A DNA stretch of 64,000 nucleotides, from contig OZ244048.1 in assembly GCA_965215265.1 (NCBI GenBank), forward strand, positions 1,024,001 to 1,088,000, written 5' to 3'. The first letter of the stretch is position 1. Each line of letters begins with the position of its first letter. Shown one piece after another: positions 50,972 to 59,602 of this stretch. The notes beneath the pieces are model-generated. The model was not told where the DNA came from. It was given only the letters and a program-made list of their open reading frames with translations, and searched no databases. The stretch is from Candidatus Poribacteria bacterium. Its GTDB lineage: Bacteria > Poribacteria > WGA-4E > WGA-3G. Position numbers and translations under genes: made by a program.

Positions 50972-52333
50972 ATGAGGCAAACTACGGCACCAGAGACATC
51001 TAAACAAACACAAAGCAAACGGAAACTCTGGGACCCTTTCTTCAAAGAGTTCCTCGCGCTGCTATTCTCTGGGCTGGGTGCCTCTATAGAGACAGAGATA
51101 GAAGTGAACCGGTTGCCGCAGCGTATAGATGCACTCGCTCTCCTCGAAAGTGCCGCAGCCCGGGCGAGAGTGCGTGCAAATCCGCTGCTCTCTTACTTAC
51201 GCACGTATAATCTGTTCGAGTTCAAAGGGCAAAACGACCCGTTGAATGGTTCGGAGTATCACCGGATTTCTATGCGTGCGTGCGGCTATCTCGCAGCGCA
51301 TAAGGTGCCAGACACGGAAGTTACCTTGACGATAGTGTCTTCTCGGAAGCCGCGGGCACTGCTTACCCACCCGCCTTTTGGGGTATCCTGGGTGCAGCTC
51401 GCCCCTGGACATTATCGGCACCGGGAAGATCTGCCGGTGCATCTATTGGTTTGTAATGAAGTGGAGTTGGTTGAGCCGAATTATTGGTTGCTGCTGTTTG
51501 CGTCGTCGAGGAAACAGTTTCGTGCGTTCCTGCGGCGTGTGATAACAGAAGAGAATACGTTATATTTTGACTCCGCGTTGTATTTGCAGCCGGAAGTCAC
51601 GGAGGAGGTTTGTGAAATGGAAGGACGTCAAGATTTGTTTCAGAGTCGTCTTCGCGAAGTTGCGACGACTTTAGGTCCGAAGCTGCTGTCAGCACTGACA
51701 TCGGAGGAGCGTGCGGACATGCTGTCCCGCTTGAGCCCTCAAGAGCGGGCGGATCTGCTCGCACGGCTGCCCGCTGAAGCCCGCGCAGACATGTTAGCAA
51801 GGTTATCTGCGGCAGAACGGGCTGATATGTTGGCGAGTTTACCCGCCGCAGAACGCGCCGATATGTTGGCGAGTTTACCCGCCGCAGAACGCGCCGATAT
51901 GTTGGCGAGTTTACCCGCCGCAGAACGCGCCGATATGTTGGCGAGTCTACCCGCCGCAGAACGCGCCGATATGTTGGCGAGTCTACCCGCCGCAGAACGC
52001 GCCGATATGTTGGCGAGTCTACCCGCCGCAGAACGGGCTGATATGTTGGCGAGTTTACCCGCCGCAGAACGGGCTGATATGTTGGCGAGTTTACCCGCCG
52101 CAGAACGGGCTGATATGTTGGCGAGTCTACCCGCCGCAGAACGCGCCGATATGTTGGCACGCCTGAGTCCCGATGAGCGCGTCAAAGGACTCACTCCCGA
52201 TGAGCGGTTAGCCGGACTTCGCCCGGCGGAGATTCGGAACTTATCTGCGGCGATGGTTCGGGAGTTGCCCTCGGAGGTGCGGGCAGAGCTCGTCCGGCAG
52301 TTGGTGGCAGCTGACAACCACACTGACATGTAG
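50972..52333 (+). CDS. Rpn/PD-(D/E)XK nuclease-like protein with C-terminal tandem repeats
   Basis: WDPFFKE, E.EV....QRID, NLFEFK pattern (D...ExK); ERLAGL-type helical tail. Confidence 0.65.
   Translation: MRQTTAPETSKQTQSKRKLWDPFFKEFLALLFSGLGASIETEIEVNRLPQRIDALALLESAAARARVRANPLLSYLRTYNLFEFKGQNDPLNGSEYHRISMRACGYLAAHKVPDTEVTLTIVSSRKPRALLTHPPFGVSWVQLAPGHYRHREDLPVHLLVCNEVELVEPNYWLLLFASSRKQFRAFLRRVITEENTLYFDSALYLQPEVTEEVCEMEGRQDLFQSRLREVATTLGPKLLSALTSEERADMLSRLSPQERADLLARLPAEARADMLARLSAAERADMLASLPAAERADMLASLPAAERADMLASLPAAERADMLASLPAAERADMLASLPAAERADMLASLPAAERADMLASLPAAERADMLASLPAAERADMLASLPAAERADMLARLSPDERVKGLTPDERLAGLRPAEIRNLSAAMVRELPSEVRAELVRQLVAADNHTDM
51701..52168 (+). repeat. 36-bp coding tandem repeat (AAERADMLASLP)
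   Basis: 10 near-identical units from 51809 plus 3 degenerate units upstream. Confidence 0.95.
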
Positions 52334-52382
52334 CAGACAACCCGCTTGAAAGGGCATCTGAGTGCGGACGGTAAACTCACAG

Positions 52383-52549
52383 AACGCTGGGCGACGCTTA
52401 AGGCGCAAGAGTAAACTCAGTGAGATGTAAACTAACCTAACCTAATCAGGGGCAGCCACCCTCACATGGCTGCCCCTGGTTTTTTTTGCTTTCAGAGAAG
52501 CACCGAGGCCGCCTTGAGAAGCGAAATCTGGAGACTGCCTTGACAAAAT
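52383..52549 (+). repeat. Direct repeat copy 2
   Basis: tgggcgacgcttaagg...caggggcagccaccctcacatggctgcccctgg...gccttgacaaaat; includes a terminator at ~52447-52487. Confidence 0.85.
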
Positions 52550-52552
52550 CTG

Positions 52553-52954
52553 ATGGGCGATATCGTATCGGCGCGCGGCTATGCCGATACCGTCTGCTTG
52601 GATATTGATGTCGAAGACTCCGCCGTGTTTACGCTCTGTTTTAAGAGTGGAGCGCATGCAGTGGCGAACATTAACTGGAATGTGGGCTTCTCAGTGGACG
52701 CGATTGAAGTCTACGGCACCGAAGGATGTCTCCGTTGCGAGTCCCTGAATAGGGGCGACTTGACGCATGAGAACTCAGGCACTCAAGCCAGTTTGACAGA
52801 CCTGCACCAACTCCCTCTCCCTCACACGCACACGGGACTTGTGCAAGACTTTGTCCATCACCTTAACACTGGCGAGGCGATCCGTTGCTCAGGCGAGGCG
52901 GGTGTAAAAACAAATGCCATCATTGAACAGATCTACGCAGATTCCCGGCTGTAA
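52553..52954 (+). pseudogene. 3' fragment of a Gfo/Idh/MocA oxidoreductase
   Basis: DVEDSA...L.F.SGA, IEVYGTEG, DF...L..G, II..IY; no Rossmann N-terminus; begins at the repeat boundary. Confidence 0.7.
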
Positions 52955-52991
52955 AATACTGTGCTATTATCCTTAATTCGGTATTAGTTAC

Positions 52992-53168
52992 TTACGAGGC
53001 GATCCGTTCGGATTCCAACGCCAACCATTCTCCATAACCGCGCGGCATCTCCGCAGGCGGTTCTAATCCGGCTTCTTCGTGCCACCGGAGCAAAGGGTGC
53101 CGCCGGTCTGTTTGTGGTAGTTCGACCTGCCTACCATACGCCGCAGATTCAAAGATACCCATCATCAT
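52992..53168 (-). pseudogene. Short 3' remnant resembling a second Gfo/Idh/MocA C-terminus
   Basis: Manual translation (IE)MMMGIFESAAYGRQVELPQTDRRHPL...; abuts the uvrA stop. Confidence 0.5.
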
Positions 53169-53173
53169 CTCAA

Positions 53174-56100
53174 TTAGTGGTGACGTGCTGCCGTAGACGA
53201 AAAAAGTTCCCGACGTAGGAATTGTGCCGTATGCGAATCGTGCACGGTTGAAACCTCCTCCGGTGTACCGCTCGCGACAAGGTAACCGCCCCCTTTACTG
53301 CCCTCGGGTCCCAAGTCAAGAATCCAATCTGCCGATTTGATAACGTCCATGTTATGTTCGACGGCAATAATGGTGTTGCCTGCATCAACCAGCCGGTTGA
53401 GCACCTTGAGCAATTTCTGCACGTCGTCAAAATGCAGTCCTGTCGTGGGTTCATCCATGATATAGAGTGTCTCCGCGGCGTGTCTGCGCGAGAGCTCTTT
53501 GGCGAGTTTGATTCGCTGTGCTTCTCCGCACGAGAGCGTGGGTGCGGATTGTCCCAACTGGATATACTCCAAACCAACGTCCGCTAGCGTCTGGAGTGGA
53601 TGCTGAATCTTCTTAATATCTCTGAAGAGATGAAGTGCCTCTTGCACCGTCAATTGGAGAACCTCGGCGATGTTTTTTCCTTTGTAGCGTACGGAGAGCG
53701 TTTCAGCATTGTAACCGGTACTACCGCATGTCTCGCAGGGCACCCACACATCTGGCAAGAAGTGCATCTCAATCCGGAGGTAGCGGTGCCCATCACAGTC
53801 AGGACACTGACCATAGTTCAGATTGAAACTGAACCGACTTATATTAAACCCTCGTACTTTCGCATCCGGTAACGTTGCGAACAATTCGCGAATGTGTGTA
53901 AATACCTCGGTGTAAGTTGCTGGATTTGAGCGCGGGGTCTCGCCAATCGGTTTCCCATCCACGTTGATAAGTCGTCGAATGTTGCTTGCTCCCTTGATGC
54001 GTTGATAATTCGGCTTTTCGTCTATCTCCGTACCATCATCGCGTTTGTTTTGATGGCTCGTGTGTAAATCTCGTCGGAGCCCTTCGATATTTAGATTCAT
54101 TACATCTGATGTAATGTGCTGCGGTATACAAGAAAGTGCTGGGCGAAGCGTGCCATCGACAAGCGAACTTTTCCCAGACCCGGAAACGCCTGTCACGCAA
54201 ATTAACGTGCCAAGCGGCATCTTTACATCAATATCTTTCAGGTTGTTGGTTCGGGCACCTAACAATTCCAACCATTTTCCGTTGCCTTTCCGTCGGACCG
54301 ACGGCACCGGAATCTGCTTCGCATTGGAGAGATAGGCATGTGTTAAAGAGGTTCCTACCTTTTTTGCTCCGTTTTCAACGGTATCTGCTTTTTCGTATAT
54401 GTCAGCCCTATCAACGGTTGATGTTTTTTCGTATATTTCCGTACCATCATCGCTGATGTTTTGATGGCTTGTGTGTAAATCTCGTTCTTTCGTATCTTTC
54501 AGCCCATCAACGTCTGATGTTTTGCTATCCGTTGTACAAATCTCGCCAGAGCCATTCGAGTTTGAATCTAAACATCGGGACCCTCCGACGAGATTTGTAG
54601 TGGGTTGAACACTACAACTGCCTTTGTTGTGCAGCGATATACTAAAAGAGGTTTCTTGACTAAATGCGTGTGGTGTACCTATTGCAACAATTTCGCCGCC
54701 ATGTTCGCCTGCTCCAGGTCCGAAATCAATAATATGGTCTGCGGCTAAGATGGTGTTCCTATCGTGTTCAACAATTAGAACGTTGTTTCCGATGTCACGG
54801 AGGGACTTCATGGCCGAAATAAGCCGCTCCTGGTCTCGTGGATGCAGGCCGATGCTGGGTTCATCAAGGATGTAAGTAACGCCTGTCAACCCACTCCCGA
54901 GTTGGCTGGCGAGCCGGATACGCCGGATTTCACCTCCGGAAAGCGTGGGCGCGGGCCGATCTAACTCCAAATAGCCGAGGCCTATATCCTCAAGAAACTG
55001 GAGCCGCCTCACGGTTTGAGAGAGCAGTTCTGCCTCAAACTCAGGTGACGTGTAGCCGTGGAGGGTTGTATGTGTTGCTCTGGATGTTGCGGGACCCGTT
55101 AGCGGCTGACCTTGTTTTTCGTATATTTCCGTAGCATCACCGCTGAGGTTTTCTCTGTTTAGATTCATATTAATCTGCCTAATACGCCGGGTGAAGAAAG
55201 AAATAATCTCCGTAATTGGTAAGGCCATCAATTCAGCAATGGTTTTGTCAGAGAACATGACAACACTTGGAAAGGGTTGGAGTCGAGTTCCTTCGCAAGC
55301 AGAACAAACCTTGTGGCTACCGGCAATAGGAGAGTGTCCGCGCCCATCGCATTCAGTGCATGCGCCGATTTTGTTGTTAAAAGAGAAGTGCCGAGGCGTG
55401 AGTTGTGGAAAATTTTCACCGCACGATGTACACATCGCGTGCTCACTAAAGAAATATCGCATGGGTGGTTTGCCACGACTTGTAGAACGATTTCTTTCTT
55501 GCACTTTTTGGAAACAGATGAACCCTTCGCTTTGCAGGAGTGCCAATTCGACCGCTTCGGCGAGCCTGCTTTTTTCCTCATCCACAAGTTCCAGCCTGTC
55601 AATAACGAGGAAGATTTCGTGGTGTCTCCGTTTGTCAAGTTTCGGTGCTTCATCTAGGCGATGCATTTTGCCATTAATCAGGGCACGTACGAATCCTGCC
55701 TTTTGCAGCCGCCGGAATGCATCGATGAAATTCTCACTCCCTTTTAAGAGGCGTTCGATACGCGTGCCGCCGGCGAAATGTGTCATCGGAGCAAGCACAT
55801 CAATCCGCTGTTGATGCATGCTTTCAAAGACTGAGGTTGCAATCTGTTCTGCGGTCTGTGGTTGTACCACTTCGAGGCAATTCGGGCAATGTGGTACGCC
55901 CCAGCGTGCGTAAAGGGATCGGAGCCGATCGTGAATGTCGGTGATTGTCGCGACGGTAGAGCGTGGATTTTGGCTGGGGCTATCGTGTGAGATGGCAATA
56001 GCTGGGGAGAGCCCGTCAATGCTTTTAACCTTCGGTTTCTCCATCTGCCCGATGAATTGCCTAGCGTACGTATTGAGGGTTTCAATATAGCGACGTTGCC

Positions 56101-59100
56101 CTTCGGCATACAATGTATCCAACGCAAGCGATGTTTTGCCGGAGCCGCTGACCCCAGTAAAAGCAGTGAGTGTAAGGTGCGGGATGTCAATGTCAATCTG
56201 TTTGAGATTATTTTGTTCGGCCCCGCGTACGGTAATCATATTTTCGTCTTTTTCGTCTATCTCGGTACCGTCAATGTTTATGTTTTGATTCGGTGGACTG
56301 CCCGATTTTTCAAATTCACCACGGAGTGCTTGTCCGGTGTAAGAGTCTGGAACCTGGGCGAGTTGTTCAGGCGTACCAACAGCGACGATGGTTCCGCCGT
56401 TGGCACCTCCTTCGGGTCCCAAGTCTAGAAGATAATCAGCTGAATTAATGACTTCAAGATTGTGTTCAACAACGAGCACCGTATTGCCTGCATCAACGAG
56501 CCGGTGGAGGATGCGCAACAACTTATTGACATCATCAAAGTGCAACCCGGTGGTCGGTTCATCCAGCAGATAGAATGTTTTACCGGTGCTGCGCTTAGAA
56601 AGCTCACGGGCGAGTTTGATGCGTTGGGCTTCACCGCCGGAAAGTGTGGGTGCCGGCTGTCCCAATTTTATGTAATCTAATCCAACATCGTGGAGGAGTT
56701 GTAACGTTCTGGCAATTTTAGGAATATCAGCGAAATGGGCGAGCGCAACATCAACATCCATTTCGAGGACATCGGCGATACTTTTCTGTTTGTATTTTAC
56801 GGTGAGCGTCTCGCTATTGTATCGTCTACCTTCACATACGTCACATGCAACCCAGACATCAGCAAGTACCCCCATGTCAACCTGCTTGGCACCATTGCCT
56901 TTACATACCTCACACCTGCCTCCCGGTACGTTAAAGCTAAACCGCCCTGGTTTGTATCCACGCCATTTAGATTCCGGCAGTCCGGCGTAAAACGAACGGA
57001 TTGCATCAAACACTTTGGTGTAAGTCGCGGGATTTGAGCGGGGTGTCCGCCCGATGGGTGCCATGTCAATATTGATGATTTTGTCAATCACATCTGATAT
57101 CGGAACAGTCTTTCCGTCAATGATACCTTGGATGTCACGGTAGGCCCCCGGCACCGTCTTGGCGCGCATCAGGTCGCGGGCGAGGGCGTTATAGACAATA
57201 TCATGGACCAGCGAACTCTTTCCGGAGCCGCTGACACCTGTCACACAGCAGAATGTCCCAATAGGTATCTTCGGACTGATCGATTTCAGATTGTTTTGAC
57301 AAGCATCTCGGATATGCACCCACCGCGTCCCTGTAGTTCTGCGGGATTCGTTTTTGACAATCTGTTTATCCCCGCGCAGGTATTGTGCTGTGAGCGAATC
57401 ACTCTCTTTAAGGATTTGTGCGGGCGTTCCCATGGCTGTGATTTGTCCGCCTTGAACACCGGCCTTCGGACCGAAATCAACTATCCAATCGGCGATTAAC
57501 ATGGTGGCTTCGTCGTGTTCAACGACAATGACTGTGTTGCCCTGGTCGCGGAGTTTGCTAAGTGTTGTGAGCAGTCCTGCGTGGTCACGTGGGTGTAAAC
57601 CGATGCTAGGTTCATCAAGAACATAGATGACATCGCGTAACCCTGCGCCGACTTGGCTGGCAAGCCGGATACGTTGGGCCTCTCCGCCAGAAAGCGTGGG
57701 TGCGGAACGTGATAAAGTGAGATAGCCTAACCCGACATCCATCAGGAATTTGAGACGCCCACGAATCTCTTTTAGCAATTCGGCTGCGATAAATGCCTCA
57801 CGCTCAGGAAGTTGAAGCGTTTCAAAGAAAGGTGCGGCTTCTTCAATGGACATTTGTAGGACATCCGTAATTGCTTTGCCGTTTAGGGTTATCGTGCTAA
57901 CTCTAGGATTGAGTCTGCTACCGTTACAAGCTCGACACGGCATTTTCGCAAAAAAGTCGGGAAGGGATCCTTCTTGGATCGATGCATATTGTTCCTCATG
58001 CGCTGGGATGACACCTTGAAACCTGCCGCGATACCTTCGCCGTTTATGGCTTCCTTGTGAAGGTCTCGAAAAAGATAAGACAGTGTCACCCGTACCGTAA
58101 AGTATCGCGTGCTGTTGCTCAGGACTGAGTTCTTTCCAAGTGGTATTAATATTAAATTTGAGATGCTTGGCGAGCGTACGAAGGATGGCCAGATGCTGGG
58201 CATCTAATTTTCCCCAGAGCGTTATGGCTCCTTGTGGAATGGAGAGTGTTTCATCGGGGATAATTAAGGCTGGGGAGATGCCCATCAATGTCCCCAATCC
58301 GGTGCATTCAGGGCACATTCCTTGGGGCGTATTGAATGAGAAATGGCGTGGTTCTGGAATTTCATAACTGGCCTGACACTGGGCACAGGCGTATGCTGTA
58401 CTGAATAACTCATCTCTACCTCTTAAGTCGCTTTTTTCGTATATTTCCGTACCATCATCGCTGATGTTTTGCTGATTCGTGTGTAAATCTCGTCGCCCGC
58501 CCACCCAAATCCTCTCTCTGTTTTGATTCACATTTTCGTCTTTAGGGGGCATGATGTGAACAATGAGGTTTCCATCACCTATGTTCAAAGCGGTTTCAAC
58601 GGCTTCAGCGACACGACTCTCAATTGCAGAGGTAGTTTCTCTGTTTGCATGTTTGAGGATAAGCCTATCAACAACGATGTCAATATCGTGCCGTTGATTC
58701 GGGTTCAGGCGAAGTTCAGTTCCAATTTCATGCATCTCGCCGTCAATGCGAGCTCTCACAAATCCTGCTTTTCGAGCATCATCAAGTTCTTTGTTATGGG
58801 TACCGCGGCGTGCGCGAATGATAGGTGCCAAGATGAGGAGCCGGGTCCGGGCAGGAAAGTTGAGGATGTGTGCAGCAATATCTGCGCCGGTTTGTGAGCC
58901 GACAGGCTCACCACATTCCGGGCAGTGGAATTTTCCAACACGCGCAAATAAAACACGCAGGTAATCGTAAATTTCTGTCACGGTGGCAACCGTGGAACGC
59001 GGATTATGTGCTGTTGAACCTTGGTCAATAGCAATGGATGGAGCCAAGCCGATAATTTTGTCAACCTCTGGTTTAGCGAGCTGCCCTAAAAATTGTCGAG

Positions 59101-59380
59101 CATACGCTGATAGCGATTCTATGTACCGGCGCTGTCCTTCGGCATAAATGGTATCAATAGCTAAGGAAGATTTGCCAGAACCGCTAACCCCTGTAAAGAC
59201 AATCAACTTCCCTTTTGGAAGTTCAATATCAATATTTTGTAGATTGTGCTCTCGCGCCCCCTGTATTTTTATATATTTCCGTTTTTCGTATATTTCCGTA
59301 CCATCATCGCTGATGTTTTGATGGCTCGTGTGTAAATCTCGTCGCCCGCCCACCCAAATCCTCTCTCTGTTTTGATTCAT
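53174..59380 (-). CDS. uvrA: Excinuclease ABC subunit A, tandem double-length form with in-frame repeat insertions
   Basis: Four GVSGSGK Walker A motifs, LSGGE signatures, DEP Walker B, zinc fingers; two full UvrA units. Confidence 0.95.
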   Translation of the reverse strand: MNQNRERIWVGGRRDLHTSHQNISDDGTEIYEKRKYIKIQGAREHNLQNIDIELPKGKLIVFTGVSGSGKSSLAIDTIYAEGQRRYIESLSAYARQFLGQLAKPEVDKIIGLAPSIAIDQGSTAHNPRSTVATVTEIYDYLRVLFARVGKFHCPECGEPVGSQTGADIAAHILNFPARTRLLILAPIIRARRGTHNKELDDARKAGFVRARIDGEMHEIGTELRLNPNQRHDIDIVVDRLILKHANRETTSAIESRVAEAVETALNIGDGNLIVHIMPPKDENVNQNRERIWVGGRRDLHTNQQNISDDGTEIYEKSDLRGRDELFSTAYACAQCQASYEIPEPRHFSFNTPQGMCPECTGLGTLMGISPALIIPDETLSIPQGAITLWGKLDAQHLAILRTLAKHLKFNINTTWKELSPEQQHAILYGTGDTVLSFSRPSQGSHKRRRYRGRFQGVIPAHEEQYASIQEGSLPDFFAKMPCRACNGSRLNPRVSTITLNGKAITDVLQMSIEEAAPFFETLQLPEREAFIAAELLKEIRGRLKFLMDVGLGYLTLSRSAPTLSGGEAQRIRLASQVGAGLRDVIYVLDEPSIGLHPRDHAGLLTTLSKLRDQGNTVIVVEHDEATMLIADWIVDFGPKAGVQGGQITAMGTPAQILKESDSLTAQYLRGDKQIVKNESRRTTGTRWVHIRDACQNNLKSISPKIPIGTFCCVTGVSGSGKSSLVHDIVYNALARDLMRAKTVPGAYRDIQGIIDGKTVPISDVIDKIINIDMAPIGRTPRSNPATYTKVFDAIRSFYAGLPESKWRGYKPGRFSFNVPGGRCEVCKGNGAKQVDMGVLADVWVACDVCEGRRYNSETLTVKYKQKSIADVLEMDVDVALAHFADIPKIARTLQLLHDVGLDYIKLGQPAPTLSGGEAQRIKLARELSKRSTGKTFYLLDEPTTGLHFDDVNKLLRILHRLVDAGNTVLVVEHNLEVINSADYLLDLGPEGGANGGTIVAVGTPEQLAQVPDSYTGQALRGEFEKSGSPPNQNINIDGTEIDEKDENMITVRGAEQNNLKQIDIDIPHLTLTAFTGVSGSGKTSLALDTLYAEGQRRYIETLNTYARQFIGQMEKPKVKSIDGLSPAIAISHDSPSQNPRSTVATITDIHDRLRSLYARWGVPHCPNCLEVVQPQTAEQIATSVFESMHQQRIDVLAPMTHFAGGTRIERLLKGSENFIDAFRRLQKAGFVRALINGKMHRLDEAPKLDKRRHHEIFLVIDRLELVDEEKSRLAEAVELALLQSEGFICFQKVQERNRSTSRGKPPMRYFFSEHAMCTSCGENFPQLTPRHFSFNNKIGACTECDGRGHSPIAGSHKVCSACEGTRLQPFPSVVMFSDKTIAELMALPITEIISFFTRRIRQINMNLNRENLSGDATEIYEKQGQPLTGPATSRATHTTLHGYTSPEFEAELLSQTVRRLQFLEDIGLGYLELDRPAPTLSGGEIRRIRLASQLGSGLTGVTYILDEPSIGLHPRDQERLISAMKSLRDIGNNVLIVEHDRNTILAADHIIDFGPGAGEHGGEIVAIGTPHAFSQETSFSISLHNKGSCSVQPTTNLVGGSRCLDSNSNGSGEICTTDSKTSDVDGLKDTKERDLHTSHQNISDDGTEIYEKTSTVDRADIYEKADTVENGAKKVGTSLTHAYLSNAKQIPVPSVRRKGNGKWLELLGARTNNLKDIDVKMPLGTLICVTGVSGSGKSSLVDGTLRPALSCIPQHITSDVMNLNIEGLRRDLHTSHQNKRDDGTEIDEKPNYQRIKGASNIRRLINVDGKPIGETPRSNPATYTEVFTHIRELFATLPDAKVRGFNISRFSFNLNYGQCPDCDGHRYLRIEMHFLPDVWVPCETCGSTGYNAETLSVRYKGKNIAEVLQLTVQEALHLFRDIKKIQHPLQTLADVGLEYIQLGQSAPTLSCGEAQRIKLAKELSRRHAAETLYIMDEPTTGLHFDDVQKLLKVLNRLVDAGNTIIAVEHNMDVIKSADWILDLGPEGSKGGGYLVASGTPEEVSTVHDSHTAQFLRRELFSSTAARHH
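54015..54100 (-). repeat. Palindromic-element left arm, in frame in uvrA
   Basis: Encodes MNLNIEGLRRDLHTSHQNKRDDGTEIDEK. Confidence 0.9.
54388..54649. repeat. Full palindromic element plus extra arms, in frame in uvrA
   Basis: acaaatctcgccagag...ctccgacgagatttgt inner inverted repeat; full unit ~54486-54649; extra left arm 54425-54485. Confidence 0.88.
55115..55170 (-). repeat. Internally deleted element copy in uvrA
   Basis: Encodes NMNLNRENLSGDATEIYEK. Confidence 0.78.
56250..56291 (-). repeat. Internally deleted element copy in the linker between the two UvrA units
   Basis: Encodes NQNINIDGTEIDEK. Confidence 0.75.
58432..58530 (-). repeat. Element left arm + half spacer, in frame in uvrA
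   Basis: 3 mismatches in ~97 bp versus 59283-59379; NQNRERIWVGGRRDLHTNQQNISDDGTEIYEK. Confidence 0.93.
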
Positions 59381-59602
59381 ATTTTTATATATCTCCGTAC
59401 CATCTTTTTGTATATCTTGGTACCATCACCGCTTATGTCTTGTTTCATCGTGTGTAAATCTCGTCGGAGGTTAGCTAGGTAATGTCTTTAAAATCGTAGA
59501 CATAAACGGCTCCGACGAGATTTTCACAGGTTTTTATATAGCAGCAGCCTTTATTGGGCTCCTGTAGACAAAAGACCTTTATTGGGCTCCTGTATATGAA
59601 AA
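59268..59602. repeat. Element cluster spanning the uvrA 5' end, intergenic gap and era 3' end
   Basis: Arm 59283-59380, full element ~59404-59574, duplicated arm end 59577-59602. Confidence 0.9.

Noticed and set aside
51597-52380. Two antisense repetitive ORFs
   Set aside because: Shadows of the 36-bp tandem repeat
54388-54649. Intein or self-splicing intron in uvrA
   Set aside because: No C/S start with HN-C/S/T end, too short, and homologous to intergenic repeats; RNA-level removal is not formally excluded
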